64,000 nt of DNA from positions 128,001-192,000 of the forward strand of contig CBFIJH010000001.1 in NCBI GenBank assembly GCA_965662895.1, written 5' to 3'. Shown here in pieces: positions 8,634 to 18,530 of the stretch. The notes beneath the pieces were generated by a model. That model searched no databases. It saw nothing but the letters and a program-made list of their open reading frames with translations, and was not told the origin of the DNA. Numbering within the stretch: position 1 is the first letter of the stretch; each line of letters starts with the position of its first letter. This DNA comes from Candidatus Poseidoniaceae archaeon (GTDB lineage Archaea > Thermoplasmatota > Poseidoniia > Poseidoniales > Poseidoniaceae). The position numbers were made by a program, and so were the translations under genes.

Positions 8634-10703
8634 ATGTCCGCGGAACACAACCCCTACATTCCAGCGGATGAAGAACCCAAAGAGCTCACACTCCGTGTCC
8701 TCATCGTCGGTGTTCTACTCGGCATCTTAATGACAGCAGCCAATGCGTATCTGGGACTTTATGCTGGAATGACAGTTTCAGCGAGCATACCAGCAGCGGT
8801 TATGTCGATGTTGATCTTGAGAAGTTTGTTCAAAGACGTGAGCATCCTCGAAAACAATGCAGTACAGACCATGGCTAGTGCTGGTGAATCTCTAGCTGCC
8901 GGTGTCATTTTTACCGTTCCTGCCATGTTGGTGATCGGTATATGGGTGGAGATAGAATGGTTTCCAACACTATCCATCGCTCTTCTAGGTGGCTTGCTTG
9001 GAACGATGTTTACCATTGCATTGCGCCGGTTGTTCATTGTCGAGGAAGCATTACCCTACCCCGAAGGTGTTGCTTGTCGAGAGGTACTCGTTGCAGGAGA
9101 AGAGGGTGGCAGTGGTGCTCTGGCGATCGTCTACGCACTTGGTATAGGTGCGCTCTACGGACTCATGGTCAAGGGTTTCAAAGTCACACACCACTCCGCA
9201 GAAGTTGCTTTTGAATTTATGAAAACAAGAATGTATGCTGGGATTGACCTCTCTGTGGCCTTGCTTTCCGTTGGATTCATTGTCGGAATCCGTATTGCAT
9301 CGTTTATTTTCTTGGGAGGAATTCTTGGATTTGGGATTCTTGTTCCTCTCTTTGGATATCTCAACGGTTGGCCAGAATCACCAACGCTTGCAGGTGGATT
9401 TGACAAACTCTGGTTGGAGCAGGTACGCTATGTTGGTGTTGGAGCAATGGTAGTTGGTGGAATTTACACACTGTGGAGTATGCGAAAAACCATCATAACT
9501 GGATTAAAGAAGTCCTTTGTTCAAAGCGAATCCGATACCGAACTCCATTTACGAACGGAAAAAGATCTACCGCTGAAGTGGGTTACGGTTGTTTGCGGAG
9601 TTCTTGTCGTCTTGACATTCTTCTTTTATTGGCTGATTACGGGATCACTGGTTCTTTCACTTGCTGGAGCGCTGTTCCTGGGATTTGTTGCGTTCTTTTT
9701 TGCAGCAGTAGCTGGCTACATTGCAGGGGTCGTAGGATCAAGCAACTCTCCTGTTTCAGGGATGACGATTGCAACGTTGTTGTTTACTGTCGGATTGGTT
9801 TGGATTGTCGGCTCCTTAATTCTCGGTCTATCGCAAACAGAACTCATGTATGCAACATTGCTCATAGCAGCAGTCGTGGCAAGTAGCGCTGCTATTGCTG
9901 GCGACGTCATGCAGGATCTGAAGACAGGTCATATGGTAGGCGCAACGCCTTGGCGTCAGCAAATTGCGGAGATTGTTGGAGTTGTTACCGGTGCGTTTGT
10001 TATTGGTCCAACGATTGCTCTTCTCCACAACGCTTTCCAAATATCATCGACAGCTTGCCAAGCAACAAACGAACGCATTCTCGCCGCAGGCAATGGTGGA
10101 GAGTTGTATGATTGCAGTGAGGCATTGTTCGCTCCACAAGCTGAACTCATTGGGGCGATTGTCAAAGGCGCTTTTGTCGGCGACATGAACCTGCCAATGG
10201 TTTTCCTTGGTGCCGCACTCGCTGTCGTTTTGATTCGTCTTTCAATGCCAGTCATGTCCGTAGCAATTGGAATTTATCTTCCGCTCAAACTCAGTGTTCC
10301 AATCATGCTTGGAGGTATTTTGTCCTCACTTGCTATCGGTGCGGCTTACTTACGCGTGGATGGGTCACTTGACAGTGAACCATCGAGTGAAGCACTGGAA
10401 GCAGCATCCGATGTCGAAAGCAGAGGTGTTCTCATTGGTGCAGGCTTTATTGCAGGGGAATCAATCCTTGGTGTTCTCATCGCCGTTCTCATTGTACTCA
10501 ACATCAATCTCGACAAGATTTTCGGTATCCACGAGTTATCACAAGGAATGTCACTCTTGTTCTTTGCGTGGTTCGTAGGCGTGTTCATATGGCTTGCAAC
10601 CAGGGCACTACCGGACGGTGGAAATCTAGCGAAGGAAATATTCGCTACAGCAACACATTCAGTCAAAAAATTCGTTCGTTCTCTACTCCCGCAATCAAAA
10701 TAA
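8634..10703 (+). CDS. OPT-family oligopeptide / metal-chelate transporter
   Basis: ELTLR...AANAYLGL..G.TVSASIPAA, ENN.VQT..SAGE, LPYPEG.AC, GSSNSPVSG, QDLKTG..VGATP.RQQ; many TM helices. Confidence 0.92.
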   Translation: MSAEHNPYIPADEEPKELTLRVLIVGVLLGILMTAANAYLGLYAGMTVSASIPAAVMSMLILRSLFKDVSILENNAVQTMASAGESLAAGVIFTVPAMLVIGIWVEIEWFPTLSIALLGGLLGTMFTIALRRLFIVEEALPYPEGVACREVLVAGEEGGSGALAIVYALGIGALYGLMVKGFKVTHHSAEVAFEFMKTRMYAGIDLSVALLSVGFIVGIRIASFIFLGGILGFGILVPLFGYLNGWPESPTLAGGFDKLWLEQVRYVGVGAMVVGGIYTLWSMRKTIITGLKKSFVQSESDTELHLRTEKDLPLKWVTVVCGVLVVLTFFFYWLITGSLVLSLAGALFLGFVAFFFAAVAGYIAGVVGSSNSPVSGMTIATLLFTVGLVWIVGSLILGLSQTELMYATLLIAAVVASSAAIAGDVMQDLKTGHMVGATPWRQQIAEIVGVVTGAFVIGPTIALLHNAFQISSTACQATNERILAAGNGGELYDCSEALFAPQAELIGAIVKGAFVGDMNLPMVFLGAALAVVLIRLSMPVMSVAIGIYLPLKLSVPIMLGGILSSLAIGAAYLRVDGSLDSEPSSEALEAASDVESRGVLIGAGFIAGESILGVLIAVLIVLNINLDKIFGIHELSQGMSLLFFAWFVGVFIWLATRALPDGGNLAKEIFATATHSVKKFVRSLLPQSK

Positions 10704-10756
10704 TCTGACGGTAATTATCAAAGGCTCAAAGCGATGGCCATTGTTTATTGGTCTGT

Positions 10757-11581
10757 ATGTCTGCATCAATCACGGAATTGGAGGAACTCGCTCGACGTTG
10801 TCGAATTGAAATTGTCAAAATGGTTCATCGCGCTCAAGCGGGCCATCCTGGCGGCTCACTTTCGGAAATCGACCTCATGGCTGCATTGTATTCAACTTCA
10901 TTGCGAGTACGGCCAGAAGAACCGGACTGGCCGGATCGTGATCGATTTATTCTTTCTAAAGGCCATGCATCACCTGGAATGTATGCTATTCTTGCAGAGA
11001 AGGGATTCATCCACCACGATGACCTACACTCGTATCGAGTACTTGGAGGAATATGTCAAGGACACGTCGATATGAAGTGGTGCCCAGGTGTTGATTTCAG
11101 TGCAGGCTCGCTTGGAATGGGCCTCTCTTTCGGCATGGGTTGTGCACTGGCTGCACGAATCGATGGAAGTGAGCGACGTGCGTTTGTCATGTTAGGCGAT
11201 GGTGAGATACAGGAAGGGTCGATATGGGAAGCGGCAATGGCAGCAACGCACCATGAACTCGGAAACCTGAAAGTAATTCTTGATCGAAACAGAATCCAGA
11301 ACGACGACTTTTGTGAAGCACAAATGCGTATGTTCGATATACCAGCAAAATGGAAGGCGTTCGGCTGGAATGTGATGGAGATTGATGGACACGACATGCA
11401 AGATGTTGTCAAAGGGATTGAATTTCTCGACAATACAAACGACGGCCCATCGATTTTGATTGCTCACACCATCAAGGGCAAAGGTGTATCCTACATGGAA
11501 GACAATCCATCGTTTCACGGAGCTGCACCGAACGATGAGCAATTTTCTCAGGCAATGGCTGAATTGGGGGCAATCGAATGA
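10757..11581 (+). CDS. Transketolase, N-terminal (TPP-binding) subunit
   Basis: GHPGGSLS, DRDRFILSKGH, GSLGMG, GDGE..EG..WEA, TIKGKG. Confidence 0.93.
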   Translation: MSASITELEELARRCRIEIVKMVHRAQAGHPGGSLSEIDLMAALYSTSLRVRPEEPDWPDRDRFILSKGHASPGMYAILAEKGFIHHDDLHSYRVLGGICQGHVDMKWCPGVDFSAGSLGMGLSFGMGCALAARIDGSERRAFVMLGDGEIQEGSIWEAAMAATHHELGNLKVILDRNRIQNDDFCEAQMRMFDIPAKWKAFGWNVMEIDGHDMQDVVKGIEFLDNTNDGPSILIAHTIKGKGVSYMEDNPSFHGAAPNDEQFSQAMAELGAIE

Positions 11582-12516
11582 CACGAATGGCAGCAACTCG
11601 GGATGGTTACGGCCAGGCATTGCTTGAACTGGCAGAAAATGAGAAAGTGGTCGTTCTTGAAGCAGATTTAGGAAAATCAACGAAGTCTTTGCATTTCCGG
11701 AAACAGTATCCTGATCGAACAATCTCTTGTGGTATAGGCGAGCAAAACATGCTGCTCGTGGCTGCAGGAATGGCATCCAGTGGCTACATTCCATTTGCCT
11801 CAACATTTGCGATATTCACCGAACGAGCGTTTGAGCAAATGCGAAATGGCGTAGCCCGGCCAAACCTTCCAGTCCATTTGTGTGGTTCCCACGGTGGAAC
11901 ACACACGGGTACCGATGGTTCATCCGCACAATCCATTGAGGATTTAGCGATATACCGAACGCTACCAAACGTTACTGTTCTCCATCCATGCGATGATGTA
12001 AGCACTCGACTGTTAACCAAACAACTTGCGTCCTCAAACAATCCATCCTACATGCGAACCGCACGAAACAAAACACCCGTTATCTACGACGATGTTGATG
12101 AAACCTCCATTCAAGTTGGGAAGGGAATCGAACTACGCACCGGTGGTGACGTTGCGATTATTGCATGCGGAGTATTGGTATCCGAAGCACTCAATGCTGC
12201 AGATATTTTGCGTCAATCAGGAATTGAAGCAACAGTGATTGATATGCACACCATCAAACCACTCGATACAGAATTGGTTGACAAGGTTGCATCTCGTTGC
12301 GGGGCAATTGTAACGGCAGAAGATCATTCAATCATAGGAGGTTTGGGTGGTGCAGTCGCTGAACATCTTTCCAGTTCATCGTTGACTCCATTGGAGCGTG
12401 TTGGTGTTAAGGATCGATTCGGAGAATCTGGACAAGCGGATGAGATGCTTGAACTCATGGAGTTGAATGCTCCTCACATTGTCAAAGCTGTTCAAAGGGT
12501 CGTCAATCGGAAATGA
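11578..12516 (+). CDS. Transketolase, C-terminal subunit
   Basis: GIGEQNM, DGSSAQSIED, TIKPLD, EDHSIIGGLG, DRFGESG; ATGA overlap with the upstream gene. Confidence 0.93.
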   Translation: MTRMAATRDGYGQALLELAENEKVVVLEADLGKSTKSLHFRKQYPDRTISCGIGEQNMLLVAAGMASSGYIPFASTFAIFTERAFEQMRNGVARPNLPVHLCGSHGGTHTGTDGSSAQSIEDLAIYRTLPNVTVLHPCDDVSTRLLTKQLASSNNPSYMRTARNKTPVIYDDVDETSIQVGKGIELRTGGDVAIIACGVLVSEALNAADILRQSGIEATVIDMHTIKPLDTELVDKVASRCGAIVTAEDHSIIGGLGGAVAEHLSSSSLTPLERVGVKDRFGESGQADEMLELMELNAPHIVKAVQRVVNRK

Positions 12517-12529
12517 TTGGACCATCATG

Positions 12530-12537
12530 TTCATGAA
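12530..12537 (+). promoter_or_regulatory. TTCATGAA TATA-position element for tal
   Basis: At -29..-22 from ATG 12559. Confidence 0.6.
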
Positions 12538-12558
12538 TCGTCAATCTGAGCAGGCTCC

Positions 12559-13218
12559 ATGGAGTTCTTCCTCGATACTGCTGATGTTGACGAAATACGT
12601 GAAATTGCCGCCTGGGGAATCCTTGATGGTGTGACAACAAACCCTTCCCTTATCAAGAAAAGCGGTCGCGATTTCAAAGAAGTTGTTGGAGAGATTGCTG
12701 GCATTTGTTCAGGACCGATTTCCGCTGAAGTTACTGCAATGGATACGCAAGGAATGCTTGACCAGGCACGTCAATTAAAGTCTGAATTACCTGAAAATGT
12801 TATCATCAAGATTCCTTGCACCCCAGAAGGGCTTGCAGCAACCAAAGTTTTGACCGAGGAAAGAATCGACACCAACGTTACACTGATCTTTTCCGCTTCT
12901 CAGGCACTGATGGCAGCCAAAGCAGGGGCTACCTACGTTTCACCATTCATCGGTCGCATCGATGATACTGGGCACGATGGAATGAACCTCATCGCAGAAA
13001 TCATGGAGACTTGGGAAAAATACGATGTTTCGACAAAAGTGCTTGCAGCATCGATTCGTCATCCGACCCACGTGCTCCAATGCATGCAACTTGGCGCTCA
13101 CACGGCAACAATGCCAGCGAAAATTTTCAGGCAACTGATGAAGCATCCGCTTACAGACAAGGGCTTGGACGGATTCATGCGAGACTGGGCTGAAGTAGAA
13201 GCCGCAGGCAAGGCATAA
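12559..13218 (+). CDS. tal: Transaldolase (TalC/FSA family)
   Basis: FLDTA, GVTTNPS, ISAEV (Glu), IKIP Schiff-base Lys, SPFIGR (Phe favours transaldolase over FSA). Confidence 0.9.
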   Translation: MEFFLDTADVDEIREIAAWGILDGVTTNPSLIKKSGRDFKEVVGEIAGICSGPISAEVTAMDTQGMLDQARQLKSELPENVIIKIPCTPEGLAATKVLTEERIDTNVTLIFSASQALMAAKAGATYVSPFIGRIDDTGHDGMNLIAEIMETWEKYDVSTKVLAASIRHPTHVLQCMQLGAHTATMPAKIFRQLMKHPLTDKGLDGFMRDWAEVEAAGKA

Positions 13219-13287
13219 TCAAACAACCTTTCGAAAAGGAGCCTTCATGAATGATGGGGCACCAGACCAAACCAACGAGGGAGTGCT

Positions 13288-13863
13288 GTGAACGATATTC
13301 AAGAGCGTCTTCAAAAACTCCTCGATGGGGAGTTGGATGCAGTTGAAGTTGCAGAAGATCCTGCACTTGCATCTCTCGCTGACCGTCTATACGGAATCAA
13401 GATAAAGCCAGTTCAACCAAAGAAATTGCGAGATTTTGAAGAGACAACTGCACTGCCATCGGCACCACTGCCTGCGACGGATATGATGATTGAAGTCATT
13501 GGAGACGTTGCGCTTGACATACCTCCCGCACCAGCTGCAAATTTGCCATTACCGTCACCCTTACCGGAAGCCAAAGATTCGGCCACCAAGAAATCCTTTG
13601 GTGCAGTGAGTTATGTCTCGATGCTTGCTTTGTTCGCAGTTGTGATGAACATGTTTGGGTATCTCCACTCACTCGTTGGTTCAATGTGCACCAATGCATG
13701 TGCAAATGAAGGACATACGAAAATTAACCTTCTTGATATTTACAGACTCGATTCAATCAATGGATGGAGTCTTCCTGTCACAGAAGGCGTGATTGGAATT
13801 CCTGATATTATTGCTTGCTTCGGATTACTTGGAATAATCTTTGCGATGCGCAAGAAATCTTGA
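13288..13863 (+). CDS. Hypothetical membrane protein (Pro-rich linker, 2 TM)
   Basis: GTG start after GGGAG; two hydrophobic segments flanking a loop with CTNAC. Confidence 0.65.
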   Translation: MNDIQERLQKLLDGELDAVEVAEDPALASLADRLYGIKIKPVQPKKLRDFEETTALPSAPLPATDMMIEVIGDVALDIPPAPAANLPLPSPLPEAKDSATKKSFGAVSYVSMLALFAVVMNMFGYLHSLVGSMCTNACANEGHTKINLLDIYRLDSINGWSLPVTEGVIGIPDIIACFGLLGIIFAMRKKS

Positions 13864-13920
13864 ACAAACACATGAGTGATTCTCCGTCATCTTGATGAGC
13901 AAGCGATGAAAGGCCGTGAT

Positions 13921-15447
13921 ATGGGCAAACCAGCCAAAGCCAAGCGTGGCATACCAAGCAAAGTTGAAGATTTCAATGCTTGGTATCCGTTTATCGTTGA
14001 AGCTGCTGAACTTGTCGACAAGCGATACCCAATCAAGGGTATGGATGTCTGGAGGCCCTACGGCTGGAAAGCAATGCGTCAAATAGACGCTTTGACACAT
14101 TCTGAAATGGATCGTACTGGTCACGATGAAGTCAACTTTCCACTACTTATCCCAGAAGACTTGCTTGAGAAAGAGAATGCTTTGGTAGCTCGCCTCAAGC
14201 GTGCTCGAGAAGAAGGTGTTGACCCCGATGAACTGCGAGATGAGGACGAAGAAGCTGGCTTCAAAAAAGAAGTCTATTGGGTTAAGCATGCAGGAGAGAA
14301 TGAACTTGACATTCCGATGTTTCTTCGACCAACTAGCGAGACTGCGATGTATACGATGTTCCCACTCTGGATTCGCAGCCACAAAGATTTGCCACTCAAA
14401 GTGTACCAGATGGTCAATACATTTCGTTACGAAACAAAACAAACACGTTCGTTTATTCGTGTTCGAGAAATTCATTTCTTTGAGGCACACACCGCACACG
14501 CTGATGAAGCAGATGCAACGCGTCAAATTGAACAAGATTTGGAAATCGTTGATCGACTGATGGAAAAACTATGCTTACCGATAATCAAAGCAAAACGTCC
14601 AGTTTGGGACACATTCCCGGGTGCACATTACACTATAGGCATCGATGCTGTCATGCCAAACGGCCGAACGTTGCAAGTTGCGAGTTGCCATCACTATCTC
14701 GATCAATGGGCGAAAGCGTTTGATATCACCTATGAAAATCTTGAAGCCAAACAACAACATGTTCACCAGACGACCTATGGAATGTCCGAACGATTACTCG
14801 GTGCAGTCGTTGGAATGCACGGTGATGATTCGGGCCTCATTATGCCACCAGCCATAGCACCATGGCAAGTCGTTATCTGCCCAATGATTCGAAAGAACTC
14901 CGGAGTCGATACTGTCACAATTTCTCATGAAGTTGCAGATACACTGCGAGACGCAGGATTGCGCGTGCATGTCGATGACCGTGATCTCCACCCTGGTCAG
15001 AAATACTACGATTGGGAAATCAAAGGTGTCCCACTACGCTTGGACATCGGTCCACGAGATGTAGAACAGGGCACTGCATTTGCTGCAAAGCGTACGGGCG
15101 GTAAACAACCACTTCCTATGGAAACAATCGTTCAATCCGTTAACGATGTCTTGAGTGAGATCTCTGAAGAACTTCGCAAACGTTCAACTCAACATATCGA
15201 ACATGTGATTCAACCACTTCCCAAGTTCTCGGAAAAAGATGGGACGTGGAGCATGGATGCAGAGATAAGTGATGGGCACATCTACGAACTGGCTTTTGAT
15301 GGATCCGATGCTCACGCTGAAATCATTGAGCGATCAACTGGTTTGACCTTTTTAGGCGATTCGACCGATCAGTACGAAGAAGATCGACCTTGTCACTTAA
15401 CTGGAAAGCCAACAAAACGCCGAGTTCTTCTTGCGAAAACCTACTGA
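13921..15447 (+). CDS. proS: Proline--tRNA ligase (archaeal/eukaryotic type)
   Basis: LRPTSET, FRYETKQTR.FIRVREIHFFEAHT, QTTYGMSER, HGDD.GL, WEIKGVPLR, C-terminal AKTY. Confidence 0.95.
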   Translation: MGKPAKAKRGIPSKVEDFNAWYPFIVEAAELVDKRYPIKGMDVWRPYGWKAMRQIDALTHSEMDRTGHDEVNFPLLIPEDLLEKENALVARLKRAREEGVDPDELRDEDEEAGFKKEVYWVKHAGENELDIPMFLRPTSETAMYTMFPLWIRSHKDLPLKVYQMVNTFRYETKQTRSFIRVREIHFFEAHTAHADEADATRQIEQDLEIVDRLMEKLCLPIIKAKRPVWDTFPGAHYTIGIDAVMPNGRTLQVASCHHYLDQWAKAFDITYENLEAKQQHVHQTTYGMSERLLGAVVGMHGDDSGLIMPPAIAPWQVVICPMIRKNSGVDTVTISHEVADTLRDAGLRVHVDDRDLHPGQKYYDWEIKGVPLRLDIGPRDVEQGTAFAAKRTGGKQPLPMETIVQSVNDVLSEISEELRKRSTQHIEHVIQPLPKFSEKDGTWSMDAEISDGHIYELAFDGSDAHAEIIERSTGLTFLGDSTDQYEEDRPCHLTGKPTKRRVLLAKTY

Positions 15448-15785
15448 TTCTTGAGAAATTCAAGAATCAACTCGGGCGGTCTGCCAAGCACTGCTTGACC
15501 ATTGTGAATAAGGACAGGACGCTCCATACATTGTGGCTGTTCAAGAAGCAACGTTTGAATCGAATCAAGACTGAGTTGATGTACATCAACTTCACCAACA
15601 ATGTCCTTCTTTCGGACAATGTTTTCCAAAGATGCAAGAATTGCAACATCTTCCTCATCGATTCCTTCGGTTAGATATCGATAGTCTTCAAATTCAATGC
15701 CTGCTTCTTCGAGGAGTGCAACTGCTTGCCTAGATTTCGAACATCGTGGATTGTGGTACAATCGCAACGTTCCAACCCCATTCAC
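15441..15785 (-). CDS. ArsC/Spx/YffB-family thioredoxin-fold protein
   Basis: YHNPRCSKSR and MERP...LGRPPE motifs; start overlaps the SRP54 stop. Confidence 0.85.
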   Translation of the reverse strand: MNGVGTLRLYHNPRCSKSRQAVALLEEAGIEFEDYRYLTEGIDEEDVAILASLENIVRKKDIVGEVDVHQLSLDSIQTLLLEQPQCMERPVLIHNGQAVLGRPPELILEFLKNQ

Positions 15786-17152
15786 ATGCCAAAGGAGGAC
15801 GGGTCCATATCCATTTCCCCGTCTTTCATCATCTTCCGCATTTGTTTGTTCAGTTTGCGGTTTCCACCCATTCCTTTCATCATCTTACGAGATCGTTTCC
15901 ACTGCGCAATCAATTCGCGAACATCTTTTTCCTTGACGCCTGAACCTCGAGCGATGCGTTGTATACGGTCTGCTTTTATTTTGGCGGGTTCGTTCTTCTC
16001 CCATGCGGTCATCGAATCCATAATGGTGCGATAACGGTCAAGGTTTCCTTGCATCGCTTCCTTTTGAGATTTCGACATACCGCCTAAGCCACCGAACATA
16101 TTTCCTGGCAAAAACGACATCAGCTTATCGATAGTTCCAACTTTTGCCATCATTTCCATCTGTTTGTACATATCGTTCAGCGTAAACCGACCCGACATGA
16201 GACGTTGCGTCAATCGCATCGCTTCCTCTTCATCCAAGTCTTCTGGAGCGAGGTCGATAAGACCGCGAATATCTCCCATTCCTAAGAGACGTGAAATAAA
16301 CCGATCGGCTTCGAATTTTTCGAGATCGGACACTTTTTCTCCAACACCAATGTGCACCAAGGGAGCACCTGTTGCAGCAACAGCAGACAGTGCTCCACCA
16401 CCACGAGCAGTTCCGTCGAGTTTCGTAACGACGATACCGGTTACCCCTGCTAAGTCGTGGAAGGATGCCGCTACAGGACCCGCTGCTTGTCCGACTTGAG
16501 CATCGATGACCAACCAACGTTCCGTAGCTCTTGTAATCGATGCAATGCGTTCGAGTTCTTCCACTAGTTCGTCATCAAGTTGGTGACGTCCAGCAGTGTC
16601 AACAATAACGAGATCCGCAGCAGAACATGCCGCAAGGCCATTGCGGACAATTGTTGCAGCGTCTTTCTCATCGGGTTCTCCATAAACTGTAACGCTTGAA
16701 TCTTCAAGCAATTGTGAGAGTTGCGCATAGGCTCCGGGTCGATGCACGTCCGCTTCGATTACTGCAACGCGCAAACCGTGTTTTTTTCTGTACCATTCCG
16801 CCAGTTTCGCAGTCGTTGTGGTTTTTCCTTGCCCATACAGACCGACAAGAAGCAGCGTTGCACCGCGTGGTTGGAATTCATGGTTGCTCCCCAAAATTCG
16901 CACCAATTCGAGATACAAGATGTTCATTGCGTGAGTTTGGAGATTGATGCCTGGGCGTGGTTCTTCCTCACGCATCCGTTCCTCGAGGCGATCAACGATT
17001 TCCTTGGTTTGTCGAACGTTAAAATCCGCTTCTTGTAATGCGCGACGAAGGCTCTTTGTCATCTCTTTGAGTTCTTCTTCATTGAGGCGCCGCTTGCTTC
17101 GGAGCAAACCGAGGGAACGGAAAATCCCACGTGAGAGTCCTTCTAGCGCCAT
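15782..17152 (-). CDS. srp54: Signal recognition particle 54 kDa protein
   Basis: ALQEADFN, GLYGQGKTTT, DTAGR, TKLDGTARGGGALS, Met-rich M domain with RIARGSG. Confidence 0.96.
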   Translation of the reverse strand: MALEGLSRGIFRSLGLLRSKRRLNEEELKEMTKSLRRALQEADFNVRQTKEIVDRLEERMREEEPRPGINLQTHAMNILYLELVRILGSNHEFQPRGATLLLVGLYGQGKTTTTAKLAEWYRKKHGLRVAVIEADVHRPGAYAQLSQLLEDSSVTVYGEPDEKDAATIVRNGLAACSAADLVIVDTAGRHQLDDELVEELERIASITRATERWLVIDAQVGQAAGPVAASFHDLAGVTGIVVTKLDGTARGGGALSAVAATGAPLVHIGVGEKVSDLEKFEADRFISRLLGMGDIRGLIDLAPEDLDEEEAMRLTQRLMSGRFTLNDMYKQMEMMAKVGTIDKLMSFLPGNMFGGLGGMSKSQKEAMQGNLDRYRTIMDSMTAWEKNEPAKIKADRIQRIARGSGVKEKDVRELIAQWKRSRKMMKGMGGNRKLNKQMRKMMKDGEMDMDPSSFGM

Positions 17153-17190
17153 GTGGTGGCGTAGGCCCCCTCTCCTTTGAATCCAACGGC

Positions 17191-18444
17191 TCAGTTCTCA
17201 GAAAGAGGAATTTCGAGACGCAAAACATCGTCCTCAAGTTTGGCTTTAACTTGGGTGGATTTTGTCGGGAAGCGAGTCGGAATCGGGTGCTCACGTCCAT
17301 TTACTCCAACATAGAGAACGCCTTCTTCGCTACGCAAGGATAAATCCTCTCGTTCCAATCCAGGAAAATGAAGATGGATGATTTCAAAATCATCCCCCTC
17401 TTCAACGAACATGCCACGGTGGATGGAGTGCTTCAATCGGTCACCGATAGCATATGGACCTAATTCTTCTGAGAGCTGTTGAGGTTCACCGTACAATAGG
17501 AGCCCATAATCACGTAATCGTTCCAAACCTTGGACCTCAGAATCGAATAAATCCATCGTCGTAACATGAACATCAAGGCTCTCTTTCAATTCAGCAATGT
17601 GACCTTGTTCCTCAGAGCGTCGACGTTGCAAGAATGGGTGATCGAGTTCGGGCGTGACACGGTTCACCAAACAACCCGTAACAGGCAGTTCGTATTCATT
17701 CAGCGATGCACTTGCTCGTACTGTTTCGTTAACACCCATGCGCTCAGGGATGGTAACGAGAGTAAACGACGTTGTGGATGCATCACTCAGCACACGCCGA
17801 ACGTGCAGAACGCGACGACGAAAGCGTTCAAGTTCTTCTTTCATAGCATCACTCTGCTTTCGACCAAACAACATCGAACGAATTCCTCCCGATACCCGCA
17901 TCATCCTCAACAATCGGCCAGACCAAGCCTCGATGAGTTCGGGGAGGGAAAGAAAACGCAAGGTATGGCCAGTTGGAGCGGTATCGAAAACAATGACGTC
18001 CCACAATGGATTTTCAACATGTTTGAGCAATTCGTCGAATGCTATAGCTTCATCAAGTCCAGGAAGAATGAGTTCGCTTGAATCAACTTCCTCTTTGATG
18101 GACGCCATTTCATCTTTTGCGGATGAATCAAACATACCACCAAGTCCGCCAAAGGACGCAAGGGGAGATGAGGACATTCCAGAAAGACTTTCACCAAGTT
18201 TCGGCATAAATGTCGAAAGTTTAGCTTCGGGATTCAATTCGAGACCGTATAGTCCAGGCACGCCCTCAACTTCAGTCGGTTCAGAACCCAATTCAACACC
18301 TAAGGAGTCGGAGGTTGAATGCGCAGGGTCGCTTGATACAAGGAGAACTTTAAGTCCTGAATCAGCCAACCAGACGGCGGTAGAAGCGGAAGTTGTTGTC
18401 TTACCAACACCACCTTTTCCTCCAAACAATAGAAGTCTCGCCAT
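17191..18444 (-). CDS. Get3/ArsA-family ATPase with C-terminal HSP20/alpha-crystallin-like domain
   Basis: GGKGGVGKTT, SSDPAHS, PGLDE, FDTAPTGHTLRFL; single ATPase domain; C-terminal LHFPGLEREDLSL...AKLEDDVLRLEIP. Confidence 0.85.
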   Translation of the reverse strand: MARLLLFGGKGGVGKTTTSASTAVWLADSGLKVLLVSSDPAHSTSDSLGVELGSEPTEVEGVPGLYGLELNPEAKLSTFMPKLGESLSGMSSSPLASFGGLGGMFDSSAKDEMASIKEEVDSSELILPGLDEAIAFDELLKHVENPLWDVIVFDTAPTGHTLRFLSLPELIEAWSGRLLRMMRVSGGIRSMLFGRKQSDAMKEELERFRRRVLHVRRVLSDASTTSFTLVTIPERMGVNETVRASASLNEYELPVTGCLVNRVTPELDHPFLQRRRSEEQGHIAELKESLDVHVTTMDLFDSEVQGLERLRDYGLLLYGEPQQLSEELGPYAIGDRLKHSIHRGMFVEEGDDFEIIHLHFPGLEREDLSLRSEEGVLYVGVNGREHPIPTRFPTKSTQVKAKLEDDVLRLEIPLSEN

Positions 18445-18530
18445 GAAGGTGACAGTACAAGGAGGTGTTTGAACTCATTGCCTCCGAATATTCCTAATCA
18501 TATTATGTAGGCGAGGCCGCAGGATAAACT

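Noticed and set aside
10757-13218. Split transketolase as a pseudogene or frameshift
   Set aside because: Two-subunit transketolases with ATGA coupling are a normal archaeal and bacterial form; both halves are intact.
15441-18444. Arsenic-resistance operon (arsA + arsC)
   Set aside because: No arsB/acr3, arsR or arsD nearby; the ATPase is single-domain without obvious metalloid-binding Cys; srp54 lies between the two genes.
17654-18472. 272-aa plus-strand ORF and the many other antisense or nested ORFs in the track
   Set aside because: They shadow well-supported genes, are Ser/Arg/Thr-rich and have no motifs; expected from codon bias.
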